A stretch of DNA of 58,786 bases from a virus (taxonomy: Duplodnaviria; Caudoviricetes): positions 1 to 58,786 of the IMG/VR virus record IMGVR_UViG_3300036846_001130, one strand, 5' to 3'. Made by a program: the position numbers and the translations under genes. Of the stretch, positions 1-8,961 are shown piece by piece. The stretch's first letter is position 1; every line of letters begins with the position of its first letter. Below the pieces are notes generated by a model. The model had not been told where the DNA came from. It made no database searches and saw only the letters and a list, made by a program, of their open reading frames with translations.

Positions 1-168
1 ACGCGGAACACGGCGGATTTTTCGGGAGCGCTTACCAGAGCGCTCCCGAAATCTTGTGCGGTGATCATCGCCCATCACTCGCATGATCCAGCGCCGCGCG
101 GTCTCGCGGCTCACGCCGTACTGCTCCGCGATCTCCTTCGGGCTGAGCCATCGTTCCAGCGGTGTCAT
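1..168 (-). CDS. Excisionase-like HTH DNA-binding protein (runs off the left edge)
   Basis: Not in ORF track; hand translation MTPLERWLSPKEIAEQYGVSRETARRWIMR...RKIRRVPR; ATG overlaps stop of 165..656. Confidence 0.65.
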   Translation of the reverse strand, partial: MTPLERWLSPKEIAEQYGVSRETARRWIMRVMGDDHRTRFRERSGKRSRKIRRVPR

Positions 169-656
169 GGTTCGTTTTTCCCTTTGCTGATCAGTTCGTG
201 CATATCGCGCACGGGCACCTCGATCAGCGGCTCGACGTCGGCCCGCGATTTCCGGATGGCTGGGAAGCAGCCGCTGATGGTCACGTCCTCGGCATCCACG
301 TTGGCCACCTCGATCCAGCGCACGCAGTCAGTGAAGCGCACCACAAACAGCGCGGGCACTCCCAGCCCGACTGCAGCCAGCGACAGGCCCAGCCACTTGC
401 GCACGCTGAAAAATACGGTCGGGTACTTCGCGCTGTCGTGCGCCCGGCACTTTAGTTCCAGTACCCCCACGATCCGGCCATCGCGTTCGGCCCACCAATC
501 AATCGGGGTGAGCTTGGCGAAGGAATGCAGCGTGCAGTTCCACGCCGCGCCCAGCAGCTCGCCGATCATCTGCTCGTTCTTCTCATCCTCAGGCGTCTTG
601 AAAATCGGTGTGCCATCAGAGTGAGTCGCCGGAGTCCGGCTGTAGTAGTCGTTCAT
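165..656 (-). CDS. PD-(D/E)XK nuclease-like protein
   Basis: PIDW...VLELKCR motif; start reassigned to ATG 656 (MNDYY), overlapping the upstream stop. Confidence 0.6.
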   Translation of the reverse strand: MNDYYSRTPATHSDGTPIFKTPEDEKNEQMIGELLGAAWNCTLHSFAKLTPIDWWAERDGRIVGVLELKCRAHDSAKYPTVFFSVRKWLGLSLAAVGLGVPALFVVRFTDCVRWIEVANVDAEDVTISGCFPAIRKSRADVEPLIEVPVRDMHELISKGKNEP

Positions 657-829
657 ACCTTCGAATCGGAATCGAAATGCACCGTCTCGGTCTCCAGAAT
701 GTGCCGGGCATACATCGCGAGGATTTCCCAGATCGAGCAGTTGCCCTTGTACTGTGAGGGCAGCTGCTCCCACCACGCATGCGCCTTCCGCTTCTCCTCG
801 CCTGTAAGCGTCTTGGGGTTCGCGTTCAT
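653..829 (-). CDS. Hypothetical protein
   Basis: ATGA-coupled with neighbours (MNANPKTL...). Confidence 0.55.
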   Translation of the reverse strand: MNANPKTLTGEEKRKAHAWWEQLPSQYKGNCSIWEILAMYARHILETETVHFDSDSKV

Positions 830-1026
830 AGCACGTCTCTCCACCACCGGGCGCTATCCGCCCGGCGTGTGGTCCCGATCCCTTCGTCAGAAGCGCCGGA
901 TACCAGTGGCGGCGGTGCTTCGCCGCGCCGGGAGTCCGATCCTCCGCACTCTGACGAAGGGGTCGCGGCCTGCAGATACTCGCCAACGATCTCGTCGATG
1001 GCTGACTCTGCGGGGTGCGAGTTCAT
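826..1026 (-). CDS. Hypothetical protein
   Basis: Fills operon gap, MNSHPAES... Confidence 0.4.
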   Translation of the reverse strand: MNSHPAESAIDEIVGEYLQAATPSSECGGSDSRRGEAPPPLVSGASDEGIGTTRRADSARWWRDVL

Positions 1027-1030
1027 GGCG

Positions 1031-1753
1031 TCACGCGACAATGTCCGCACCTTCCAGCTCCTTCTCGAAGTACTCCTTGATCGATTTGATGGCTTCCATC
1101 TTCCACGCTCCGCCATCGGCCTCGAACAGCGCGCAGCTGGGCATCTGGCCGGAGCGCGAGCGTAGCCGCAGGATGAAGTCGGTCGAGGGCTGCGCGACCT
1201 CATGGAACGTGCGGAAGGGTGCGAGGCTCACGCGCGGCGAGACTTTTTCTTCGGTTTTTGAAACCATTCCTTGCTTTGTGACGACCTGCTGCGAGTAGCC
1301 ATCATCATTCGAGATAGTCACCGCTTCGGCGGCGAGGCTGCTCACTAGCTTCACGACTTTCGCGTGGACCGACCCAAAGGCCGCATCATCGAACAGCGTC
1401 AGGAGGCCGATGACAAATTCGTCCGGGTCCATCCATTGGCCAAAGCGGAAGCGCGGCGCATCGTTTGGAATCTGCGCGTGCACCAGCGCCGGGCGGCGGT
1501 TCCACTCGTCCACCTCTGCGGCCATCATCCACACCGAGGAGTGATCCTGAATCTGGATGATCACGGATTGCTCAGCGCGGTCGTGCAGCTTGTACAGATC
1601 GCGCAGCCCGGCGAGTGTCTGCACCGTGATGGGCGTGATCAGCGGAGTCTTGATCTCGACCAGCTGCTTATCGGAATAGACGCGGCCATCTTCCTCGACT
1701 CGCATCGATGGTTCAGCGAGCGAAACGATTTTTTCAACGAACTCTTTCAACAT
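1031..1753 (-). CDS. Conserved phage protein (YfdQ/DUF2303-like)
   Basis: LAPFRTFHEVAQP..FILRLR...ALFEADGGAWK; GGAGGA RBS before MLKEF. Confidence 0.7.
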   Translation of the reverse strand: MLKEFVEKIVSLAEPSMRVEEDGRVYSDKQLVEIKTPLITPITVQTLAGLRDLYKLHDRAEQSVIIQIQDHSSVWMMAAEVDEWNRRPALVHAQIPNDAPRFRFGQWMDPDEFVIGLLTLFDDAAFGSVHAKVVKLVSSLAAEAVTISNDDGYSQQVVTKQGMVSKTEEKVSPRVSLAPFRTFHEVAQPSTDFILRLRSRSGQMPSCALFEADGGAWKMEAIKSIKEYFEKELEGADIVA

Positions 1754-1854
1754 GCCATCCTCCTGTGCTGCGGCTGCCCCCAGATTGCGGGGCATCAGTC
1801 CGACGCTCTGGTTGTACTGCTCGAATATTTGTCGTGGTGGTCCCATGGCTTCAC

Positions 1855-3045
1855 CTACTGCAGGTAAATCGGCTTCAGGCCGAGATGCACTTTTTGGTCT
1901 GCAATCGGCGTTGTGGTCCCGGTGATATCGGTCTGCTTGGTGAATTTCGTTTGTCCCAGCGCGTACTCTTTCGTCGAGCAGCAACTGGAAGTGCATGTCT
2001 GCGAGCTGTCCCAGAGCACCATGCCATTGCCCACCAGCATGCGATAGACGGTGCCCTCGACGCGCACCTTCGAGGTTGACTTTTCCTGCAGCCAGCCCGT
2101 GATGGTGTTCCACGCTGTGCCCGCAAGATTGGCCTGCAGGCCGAGGTTGTCATTCGCGTCCCAAAAATAGATGTACTGTCGCTCCAGTGGAACGCTTGCC
2201 CGCAGCATCAGTTCACGCGCAGCAAAAGAGGCGAGCGTATCCGGGTCGGTGATGGCGTCGCCCGTGGTGATACCGTGCTCGTCATCCCAGATCGCCGCGT
2301 CGATCTTGTCGCGCGCCAACTCGTCGACCACCATCTGCCATACCGCGAGGAAATTTTCAGGCGGGTAGTTGGGCTTGGCCCGCATGTGGACGTTGACGAT
2401 GTCGAACATCTCATGCCACGGGTGCGCCTCCACCAAAGGCCGGAAGTGAGAACTCATGGAGACCCCATGGAACGAGGGCGAGAGAATCACAGCGGCGGGG
2501 TCAATCGAGCGAATGATGGTCGCCGCTTCCTTCGCGTAGTCCGCCATCTGCTGGATGGTTCCCGTCCAGAAACACTTGCAGTCCGGTTCGTTCCATGTCT
2601 CATAGAAGGCGATGCGGCCCTTGTAGCGCGTCACCAGCGCCGTCACGAATGCTTTGTAGTCTTCGAGCTTCGGGATGGAGCAGGCATTCGGGAACGTGCT
2701 ATTCAGGCACTGCGGCGGCGGAGCCGGGTCAATCGCCGCCCATGTCGGAGTGCCGCCGAAGGTGTACAGCACATCCTGCTTCTGCGCTTCCGCCTTCGAA
2801 ATCCAGTCGTCCATCTTCGCCCAGTCGTAAACGTCGCGCGCGGCCTGAATGTGCATCCACTTCACGCCGTCATCCCACAGCCGGATACCTCTGCCGACCG
2901 CGAGCTTGCTGTTGCCGTCTATGCCGGGAATAGTCGAGAGCTTGTTATAGGTGAGGCTGAAAAACTTCAGGTTGACAGACGTTTGCTGCGCGGAACAGAG
3001 AGTGCAGCACAGGATGAATAGCAGCATGGCCCCAAGTCTTTTCAT
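1855..3045 (-). CDS. Secreted clan GH-A glycoside hydrolase (GH39/GH5/GH10-like)
   Basis: Signal peptide MKRLGAMLLFILCCTLCSAQ; YETWNEP acid/base motif; IWDDEHG nucleophile region. Confidence 0.75.
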   Translation of the reverse strand: MKRLGAMLLFILCCTLCSAQQTSVNLKFFSLTYNKLSTIPGIDGNSKLAVGRGIRLWDDGVKWMHIQAARDVYDWAKMDDWISKAEAQKQDVLYTFGGTPTWAAIDPAPPPQCLNSTFPNACSIPKLEDYKAFVTALVTRYKGRIAFYETWNEPDCKCFWTGTIQQMADYAKEAATIIRSIDPAAVILSPSFHGVSMSSHFRPLVEAHPWHEMFDIVNVHMRAKPNYPPENFLAVWQMVVDELARDKIDAAIWDDEHGITTGDAITDPDTLASFAARELMLRASVPLERQYIYFWDANDNLGLQANLAGTAWNTITGWLQEKSTSKVRVEGTVYRMLVGNGMVLWDSSQTCTSSCCSTKEYALGQTKFTKQTDITGTTTPIADQKVHLGLKPIYLQ

Positions 3046-3230
3046 TTTCGCTTCCTCCTCATCGAAAGCTTGCTCGCCAGTCGCTTCCTGCCGAGAAAAT
3101 CTCTGATCACCTGCGCCGCCGACATGCGCGAGGTTTGATCGCTCGGCATCTTCGGATAGCGCAACACGTCGACCGCGAGCAGCAGCGCGGCGTGCAAACC
3201 GCTACGAGCCTGCTGCCTGCGTCTTGCCAT
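3042..3230 (-). CDS. Small basic hypothetical protein
   Basis: ORF track; stop overlaps start of the GH gene. Confidence 0.35.
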   Translation of the reverse strand: MARRRQQARSGLHAALLLAVDVLRYPKMPSDQTSRMSAAQVIRDFLGRKRLASKLSMRRKRK

Positions 3231-3561
3231 CGGTGGCTGGCTCCTCGTCGCCAAACAACAGCTCCTGTCGCAGATCGCGGGAGAACGCGGTATACACGCC
3301 TTCTCGCTTCGCCAGATAAATCGACCCGGTCACTGACGAGGCATCGAGCGCGCACGGCGAGGCCTTGCAGTTGAGGGCCACGCTCGCCCCGCTCCGATCA
3401 GGGAAGGGCGTGAAGACGAACTCCATCGTTACCTTGCGCGGCTTCGTGGCTGAGGTATTCGGGTCGGCGATGTTGGCGATGATCTTCGCCATTTCGTGCG
3501 CGAAAATTTCCTTGACCGAGCCTTTGCAAATTGTGAGTAGCGTGAGTTCTTGAGCTTCCAT
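3202..3561 (-). CDS. Conserved phage protein (YfdP-like, often annotated 'replication terminator protein')
   Basis: IIANIADPNTSATKPRKVTMEFVFTP motif. Confidence 0.65.
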   Translation of the reverse strand: MEAQELTLLTICKGSVKEIFAHEMAKIIANIADPNTSATKPRKVTMEFVFTPFPDRSGASVALNCKASPCALDASSVTGSIYLAKREGVYTAFSRDLRQELLFGDEEPATDGKTQAAGS

Positions 3562-3803
3562 CATTGCCCCCTGCATCGCCTGTGTTTGTGCTGCTGCATG
3601 GCATAAACGCCATTGCCCAGCACGCCCAGCACGGCCATGAATTTGATCCCGTTGCCCTTTTCACTCTGATTGAGCAGGTTGACTACGTCTTTCATCAGCT
3701 CGGTGCTCTCTTCCATCTCCTGCTCGGTCATGGTCTCTCTGCAGCCATGCGCGATGTCATGCGCCTGCTGGAGCATTTTGATAACTTGGCAATGTTCGCT
3801 CAC
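3561..3803 (-). CDS. Hypothetical protein
   Basis: ORF in tight operon. Confidence 0.5.
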   Translation of the reverse strand: MSEHCQVIKMLQQAHDIAHGCRETMTEQEMEESTELMKDVVNLLNQSEKGNGIKFMAVLGVLGNGVYAMQQHKHRRCRGQ

Positions 3804-4160
3804 CTAAAATTCCTCGAACTGCCAGCTCTGATCCGGCATCAGCGTCGCCGCCACAAACTTCAGCGGGAACAAATCGGCAGCGCATTTCACCTTCACCCGG
3901 CTGTCTTCCTGCCAGCCCGCGCGCTCCGCTCCGCGCCAGTAGGCCTTCACTTCGTGCGCCTCGATGTGGAAGTCGGCGGCCACCACGATGAAGTCGGGCG
4001 TGTACCACGTCCGGTCGGCCAGCCGCAGCTTCCAGCACTCATAACCCCACCACAGAATTTCTCCGGTGATCAGACGGTCCTGCAGGTGCCGCGAGTACTT
4101 TTCCTCGGTGTGATTCATCTCGCGGTGCTGCATGATGGCGAGGCCTCGAATTCCTGTCAC
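3804..4160 (-). CDS. DUF1064-like PD-(D/E)XK endonuclease
   Basis: MNHTEEKY...YTPDFIV...AHEVKA. Confidence 0.75.
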   Translation of the reverse strand: MTGIRGLAIMQHREMNHTEEKYSRHLQDRLITGEILWWGYECWKLRLADRTWYTPDFIVVAADFHIEAHEVKAYWRGAERAGWQEDSRVKVKCAADLFPLKFVAATLMPDQSWQFEEF

Positions 4161-4312
4161 CGCAGATTTCCTTTCGCAGTTGATGATCCGTGCGCAGCTC
4201 TGTCTGCGCGATTGTTCCTCCTCGAATCCACGCGATCAGGCGATGGTCGAGGTTCATGTGATCCGCCAGCTCTGCCCAGCTATCGAAGGTTTCACCGCAC
4301 GGCCCTACTGCT

Positions 4313-4582
4313 CTAGAGGACTGAATCGCGCAGATGAATTTCATTCGATGGCTCCGGTGGCGGCGACTGCAGCAATGGCTCCAAAAACTTGGCCAGCGGT
4401 TCATCGAACGCTTTGGCCAGTTGTTCCAGTTCCGTCAGTCGCGGGTTCTTTCTCAACTCCTCCAGCTGATACAAATTGCTGAAGGGCATCTTGGCGCGAT
4501 CCGCGAAGGCGCGCAGGGTGAGATTCTGCTCCCTGCGGCGCTGCGCCAGATAGCGCCCGAATCGTCCGAGCAGGTTCTCCAC
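4313..4582 (-). CDS. XRE-family HTH regulator (repressor candidate)
   Basis: FGRYLAQRRREQNLTLRAFA...NPRLTELEQLAKAFD; GTG start with AGGAG RBS. Confidence 0.85.
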   Translation of the reverse strand: MENLLGRFGRYLAQRRREQNLTLRAFADRAKMPFSNLYQLEELRKNPRLTELEQLAKAFDEPLAKFLEPLLQSPPPEPSNEIHLRDSVL

Positions 4583-4738
4583 CTGCTCCTTACGTCGCCG
4601 TTGCTTCTTCCGCAGAACGTGCCCCACCCTTGTACGTCCGTTCTTTCGTAGCCTCATCCTCAACTCTGTGCCGCGTGATGTTCTTGCTTTGCGGTTCCTG
4701 CTCCTCTGCTTCCCCCGTGCGGACCCCACGACGCGCGC

Positions 4739-4903
4739 TTACTCCTGTGCGATGTGATAGCTCGCGCCATGGAATTCGTGGGTCTTGCCGTTTTTATCCG
4801 TGAAGGTGAGGTTTTCCCCGTCGCCGTTCACGTCGCTGCAACCGTCGAATACATCGCGTGCTTGCGATGTGGTCACGGTCACCGTGTACTTGTCATCGTC
4901 CAT
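4739..4903 (-). CDS. Small acidic hypothetical protein
   Basis: MDDDKYTVTV...; protein-like composition. Confidence 0.55.
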   Translation of the reverse strand: MDDDKYTVTVTTSQARDVFDGCSDVNGDGENLTFTDKNGKTHEFHGASYHIAQE

Positions 4904-4925
4904 GTGTCCCACTTCGTTTTTCCTC

Positions 4926-6011
4926 CTATTCGAAATTGAGTGGTACGCCTTTTGTTTCGTCCTTTGCTTCTGGAGCGGAGCCGGGCTGAGCGCCAGCAGA
5001 GTCCGGCTCCTTCCCTGATGCAGGGGGGTGCGCCCCCTCCTGCACTTCCGGTGCAGGCGCAGAAGGGGTCTCCTGCGCCTGCGAGGCAGCTTCCGCTTGA
5101 ACTGCCTCAATCTTTTCCTCGACGGCCTTCTTCTGCCGCTTGGGTGCAGAGCGCAGCGGGCCGATCTCGATCCCGGTTGCCTCCGCATATTTCTCTTTGA
5201 TGGTGGCCACGTTGCTCTTGCTCTTGTCGGCCAGCTTGGTGTCCTCGGTGGACTCCGGCGCGAAGGCGCGCTCGGCGGTGATCTCGTTCTCGCGAATCGC
5301 GTTGTAGATTCCGCGCAGGGTGACGAGGTGATCGAGCATGATGTCCTCGATGCCCTTCACGCCCAGCTTGGCGAAGACCTGCTCCGGCTTTACCCCTTGC
5401 AGCTGGAACTGCTTGATGGCTGCCTGTCGCCGCGCGTCGAGAGTCTTGATGTCGCCCGCGACGGCCTTGCGCGCTTCGGCATAGACCTTGCGCCAGATCG
5501 CTTTCGGGATGCCGCGCAGGATCGCATTGCGCAGTGCAATCGAGCAGGCTGCATTCGAGGTGGTGCCGATCATGTCGGAGTTAAAGCGCTCGCCTTTCTT
5601 GTTGGTGATGCGGCGCTTCACCTCATAGGCAATCGCAACGTTGGCTTCGAGATCAAAGAACGTTCCCATGGCAGTGACGAACTCTTCGTCCTCGCCAATC
5701 ACGCGCGCCCCGCACCGCGAATTGCCCCAGCTGTAAGCCATGACCTCGGCAAAGCGCACGCTGGGGCCTTCGATCACCTTGCCCCCGCGCGGCAGCGCGA
5801 AGATGCACTCGTCGGCAGTCTCTCCATCGGCGGTTACCAGCTGGGTGGCAGTAGTCAGCAGCTTGGTGATGGCGCGCGGGTACTTCTTCGCGGTCGCAAT
5901 CTGCTGATCGATCTCGGCTTTCTGGATGGTGGCCAGCGTGCCCGAATCCATCAGCTGTGCGGGTGCGAGCAGTTCCTGCTCGCTCTCGTCGTCAAACTCT
6001 TCCGTTACCAT
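4926..6011 (-). CDS. Putative single-strand annealing/recombination protein
   Basis: QIATAKKYPR...PRGGKVIEGPSVRFAE; acidic disordered tail; downstream of YqaJ exonuclease. Confidence 0.55.
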   Translation of the reverse strand: MVTEEFDDESEQELLAPAQLMDSGTLATIQKAEIDQQIATAKKYPRAITKLLTTATQLVTADGETADECIFALPRGGKVIEGPSVRFAEVMAYSWGNSRCGARVIGEDEEFVTAMGTFFDLEANVAIAYEVKRRITNKKGERFNSDMIGTTSNAACSIALRNAILRGIPKAIWRKVYAEARKAVAGDIKTLDARRQAAIKQFQLQGVKPEQVFAKLGVKGIEDIMLDHLVTLRGIYNAIRENEITAERAFAPESTEDTKLADKSKSNVATIKEKYAEATGIEIGPLRSAPKRQKKAVEEKIEAVQAEAASQAQETPSAPAPEVQEGAHPPASGKEPDSAGAQPGSAPEAKDETKGVPLNFE

Positions 6012-6313
6012 TGCGGTGCCCTCATTCCTTCGTGTTTGCGCAACTCGCGCAGGGTTCGCCTCGGCACATGCACGTCGCCGACGCGGCCTTTAGGTTCGGT
6101 GCAGCCCTTGCCGCAGGTGCCGAGAATCTTGTCGTGAATGCAGAAGACGACAGGCGCGAACATGGTGCGCACGTTGTCGAGGGCCTGCTCGATGCCCGAG
6201 CCGTGATTGCGCCCGCCGCAGATGCAGTTACACTTTCCCTTCGTCGCGTTGTAGCAGCGCGCGTCGCATCTCTGCGTTGGCCCCTGCCCGACTTTTTGTG
6301 TCATCAAAATCAC
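6005..6313 (-). CDS. Cys-rich phage protein
   Basis: CDARCYNA.KGKCNCICGGRNHG. Confidence 0.65.
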   Translation of the reverse strand: MILMTQKVGQGPTQRCDARCYNATKGKCNCICGGRNHGSGIEQALDNVRTMFAPVVFCIHDKILGTCGKGCTEPKGRVGDVHVPRRTLRELRKHEGMRAPQW

Positions 6314-6822
6314 AGTTGCAGGACTCCCAGCCCGTAGCTTCCCGATTCGTAAATCGGATACTTGCCGATCCCCTCCCCGTACTCATCGAGCGCTTGCCGC
6401 ACCCCTGCGCCTGCGAGGTCGGTGTCGTGCATGAGAATCAGGCCGCTGCCCTTTTTCACCAGCGCGCCGTAAGTCTTCAATTCGTAGCGCGTTGTTTCCA
6501 GCGTGTGATCGCTGTCGATAAAGAGCACATCGAGCAGCGGGGGCAGCGCTTCGAGAATCCGGCGCGCGTCGATGACCGAGTGCCCGTTGAGAAACGTCCA
6601 TTGCGGGTCATCCGCGTACAGGTGGCCGCAGTTGCACACATCGAGGCTCCAGAGGTGCCCGCCATTCCCTTTCAGGCCCACCAGCAGGGCCGCTGTGGAC
6701 ACTCCCGTGCGGACTCCGATCTCGAAGACGTCGCCCTTCGCGAAATTCTTGAGTGTGTCGAGGTGCCCGCTGATGTCGGTCCCACCTTGCCGGGCAGATT
6801 CGTAAACGTCGGCTGCGCTCAT
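6310..6822 (-). CDS. Class I SAM-dependent methyltransferase (Methyltransf_24-like)
   Basis: VFEIGVRTGVST, DVLFIDSDH, LILMHDT. Confidence 0.85.
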   Translation of the reverse strand: MSAADVYESARQGGTDISGHLDTLKNFAKGDVFEIGVRTGVSTAALLVGLKGNGGHLWSLDVCNCGHLYADDPQWTFLNGHSVIDARRILEALPPLLDVLFIDSDHTLETTRYELKTYGALVKKGSGLILMHDTDLAGAGVRQALDEYGEGIGKYPIYESGSYGLGVLQL

Positions 6823-7934
6823 GCGACCCTCTTGTCGTGCAGGGCATAGACCCGCAGCGCGCGGGTGCCTGTGGGCCTGCTCACAAAATATTTCTTGTAG
6901 ATTTCCGGCTGTTCTTCCTTCAGGCGTGAGATGTCCATGCCCCGATAGATGTGATCGCGCAGGTACACCTTCCAGTGCTGGTTGACCAGCACCGCCTCCT
7001 GATCGCCGATCAGTTCCTTGATGCGCCGGGTCACCAGTTGCAGCGCGCCCAGCTCGTCGGGATCGTCGCTCTCATTGCTGAGCGCTTCCATCTCGGAGAG
7101 GATCAGGGCACGGTCAGCCAGCGCCTGATCGAGTTCATCATTCGCCATGGGAGTCAGCGCGGTCTTGCCTTCACGCTCGGCGAGCAAGCGATGGTACTCC
7201 TCAGGGTCGAGAGTCTCGCCGCGACAGGTCAGCCGGAAGGGGCAGACCTTGCAGCGCTTGTCATCCGCATCGCGCAGTTGTGGAGGCAGGTCGCCCGCCC
7301 TCAGCCGCGCCCAGAATTCCGGTACAGCGTGCTCGAACAGCAGCATGGCGTCGGGATCGCGGGCCACATCGAAATGCTTCAGGGGCAGCTCGCCGAAGAC
7401 GCCGAGCACAATGAACACGCCCCACTGATGCCCGGTGCAGAACATACTCCACTGCAGCTGCAGGCTGTGCGCTGTGGGCAGACCGTTGCGCAGAATGTTC
7501 AGGAAAGGCCCTTCGCCGTGCGTCTTGATCTCGGCATCGCCTGTGCCGCGCTCGTCGAGGGCCACGACGATGCGGTCGGTGTGGACGGCTGCGCCGGGAA
7601 AGTCCGGATGACGCACCAGCCGCGCCCGGCGCAGCAGGGAGCGCCCGGTGGCGTTCATGTAGAGCCGGGCCGCAAGGTCTTCGAGCAGGTGCCCGCGATG
7701 CAGGATACCGCGCATCCCAATCGCGCGCTCTTTGGCGGTCGCGGTGGGCACGTCTTCGGGGGTCTGCAGCTTGCGATAGGCTAACGCCCGCGCGCATCCC
7801 CGCCCGTAGTGCGACTGATAGAGCAGCTCAAAGGCCTCGCTGCCTCCGATGAAGGTATGTCGCAACTCCGCATCCGGAGCAGCTGAATCGATTTGAGCAA
7901 GGCGAGGCTGGTCGCCCGAGGTACTGGCTGCCAT
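6819..7934 (-). CDS. YqaJ/lambda-exonuclease family recombination nuclease
   Basis: IGGSEA, HRGHLLED, AEIKT, LQLQW. Confidence 0.85.
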   Translation of the reverse strand: MAASTSGDQPRLAQIDSAAPDAELRHTFIGGSEAFELLYQSHYGRGCARALAYRKLQTPEDVPTATAKERAIGMRGILHRGHLLEDLAARLYMNATGRSLLRRARLVRHPDFPGAAVHTDRIVVALDERGTGDAEIKTHGEGPFLNILRNGLPTAHSLQLQWSMFCTGHQWGVFIVLGVFGELPLKHFDVARDPDAMLLFEHAVPEFWARLRAGDLPPQLRDADDKRCKVCPFRLTCRGETLDPEEYHRLLAEREGKTALTPMANDELDQALADRALILSEMEALSNESDDPDELGALQLVTRRIKELIGDQEAVLVNQHWKVYLRDHIYRGMDISRLKEEQPEIYKKYFVSRPTGTRALRVYALHDKRVA

Positions 7935-8013
7935 GACGTTCCGACTCCACAAACGGGATCGTCCGGGCGTTGGCTGGTAGGCTGTGCCGATAAGGCTAAC
8001 GCGGAATTCCGTG

Positions 8014-8042
8014 AGCCTACTCGCCCTCGCGTTTCATGTCAA
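8014..8042 (-). promoter_or_regulatory. Sigma70-like promoter for the recombination operon
   Basis: TTGACA-17bp-TAGGCT on minus strand, intergenic. Confidence 0.6.
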
Positions 8043-8090
8043 GCAATTCTTGATTTGTACGCGGAACACCGCGCCCAGCGCGGGGAATCA

Positions 8091-8951
8091 CTATCCGGCG
8101 AGGATGCCGGGCATGGTTTTGGCGGGGCATGCTGCGAGAGTTTTCCTCAGGATTTCCACCTCGCGGATTTGCGAGAAAATCTGAAAGCCGGAAGTCTGCA
8201 AAGCGAGCCGTTCAGGGAGCTTAGCCACCAGATCGCGGCAGGCCTCTGCGAGGTCCTCATAGGGCACATTGCGCAGTGCTGTGGTAAACACCTCCGGGAA
8301 GTCATCAGAAATTTCGCTCACTACCGCTTTTAGGTTGGACAGCAGGTAGGACACCCTCACCCATTCGAACAGTTTCGGGGAATCGTAGTAGTGCATATTC
8401 AGGACGACTTTGCTTTGCGCGATGGCTTTATCGCGCAGCCAGCCAAAGGTTTGGATGGCGGCCACGTTCAGGCCTTTCTGCTTCAGCTGCTCGATGATCG
8501 CGGCCCGGCGCGGGCTGAGCACGCCATAGAAAAGCACGTCGATGTCCTGATGGGCGGCGGGCGGGATGCGAGTCAGCTCGCGCACATATCCGACTGGGAC
8601 ATACTCGGCCTCGATCCCGTGCTCTTGCCAGTACTTCATGTTCGCCGTGCTGTAGTCCCACACCCGGCAGCGCTGCAGCAGCTTGTCCGACAGGTTCGCC
8701 GCAGGGTGCCCGCCGATCTGTTCGAGGTTGTAGAGGATCGTGCCGTCAGGGAATTCGGTCTCGCTGCTGGCGAGGTGTGGCCCCAGCACGATGTTCTGCG
8801 CGCCCACCAGAAAGCCGTTCGCCTTGTGACTCACCTGATGACCCAGCGCGAGCAGGCCATAGGCGAGAGTCTCGGTCACCTCGTTGAAGGCCTGCGTGAA
8901 GAAGCGGCCCCGATCCGTCTGGGGCCGCATGATGGTGAGATGGAACCGCAT
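8091..8951 (-). CDS. Glycosyltransferase (GT-B-like)
   Basis: DIDVLFYG...RDKAIAQSKVVLNMHYY...FEWVRVSYLL. Confidence 0.75.
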   Translation of the reverse strand: MRFHLTIMRPQTDRGRFFTQAFNEVTETLAYGLLALGHQVSHKANGFLVGAQNIVLGPHLASSETEFPDGTILYNLEQIGGHPAANLSDKLLQRCRVWDYSTANMKYWQEHGIEAEYVPVGYVRELTRIPPAAHQDIDVLFYGVLSPRRAAIIEQLKQKGLNVAAIQTFGWLRDKAIAQSKVVLNMHYYDSPKLFEWVRVSYLLSNLKAVVSEISDDFPEVFTTALRNVPYEDLAEACRDLVAKLPERLALQTSGFQIFSQIREVEILRKTLAACPAKTMPGILAG

Positions 8952-8961
8952 AGTGTGACTT

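Noticed and set aside
4039-4344. Minus-strand ORF MKFICAIQ... between XRE and DUF1064 genes
   Set aside because: Overlaps the nuclease gene by over 100 bp with no recognisable motif; left uncalled
6310-6822. DNA methyltransferase or restriction-modification system
   Set aside because: No DPPY/NPPY or PC motif; looks like a small-molecule/glycan O-methyltransferase
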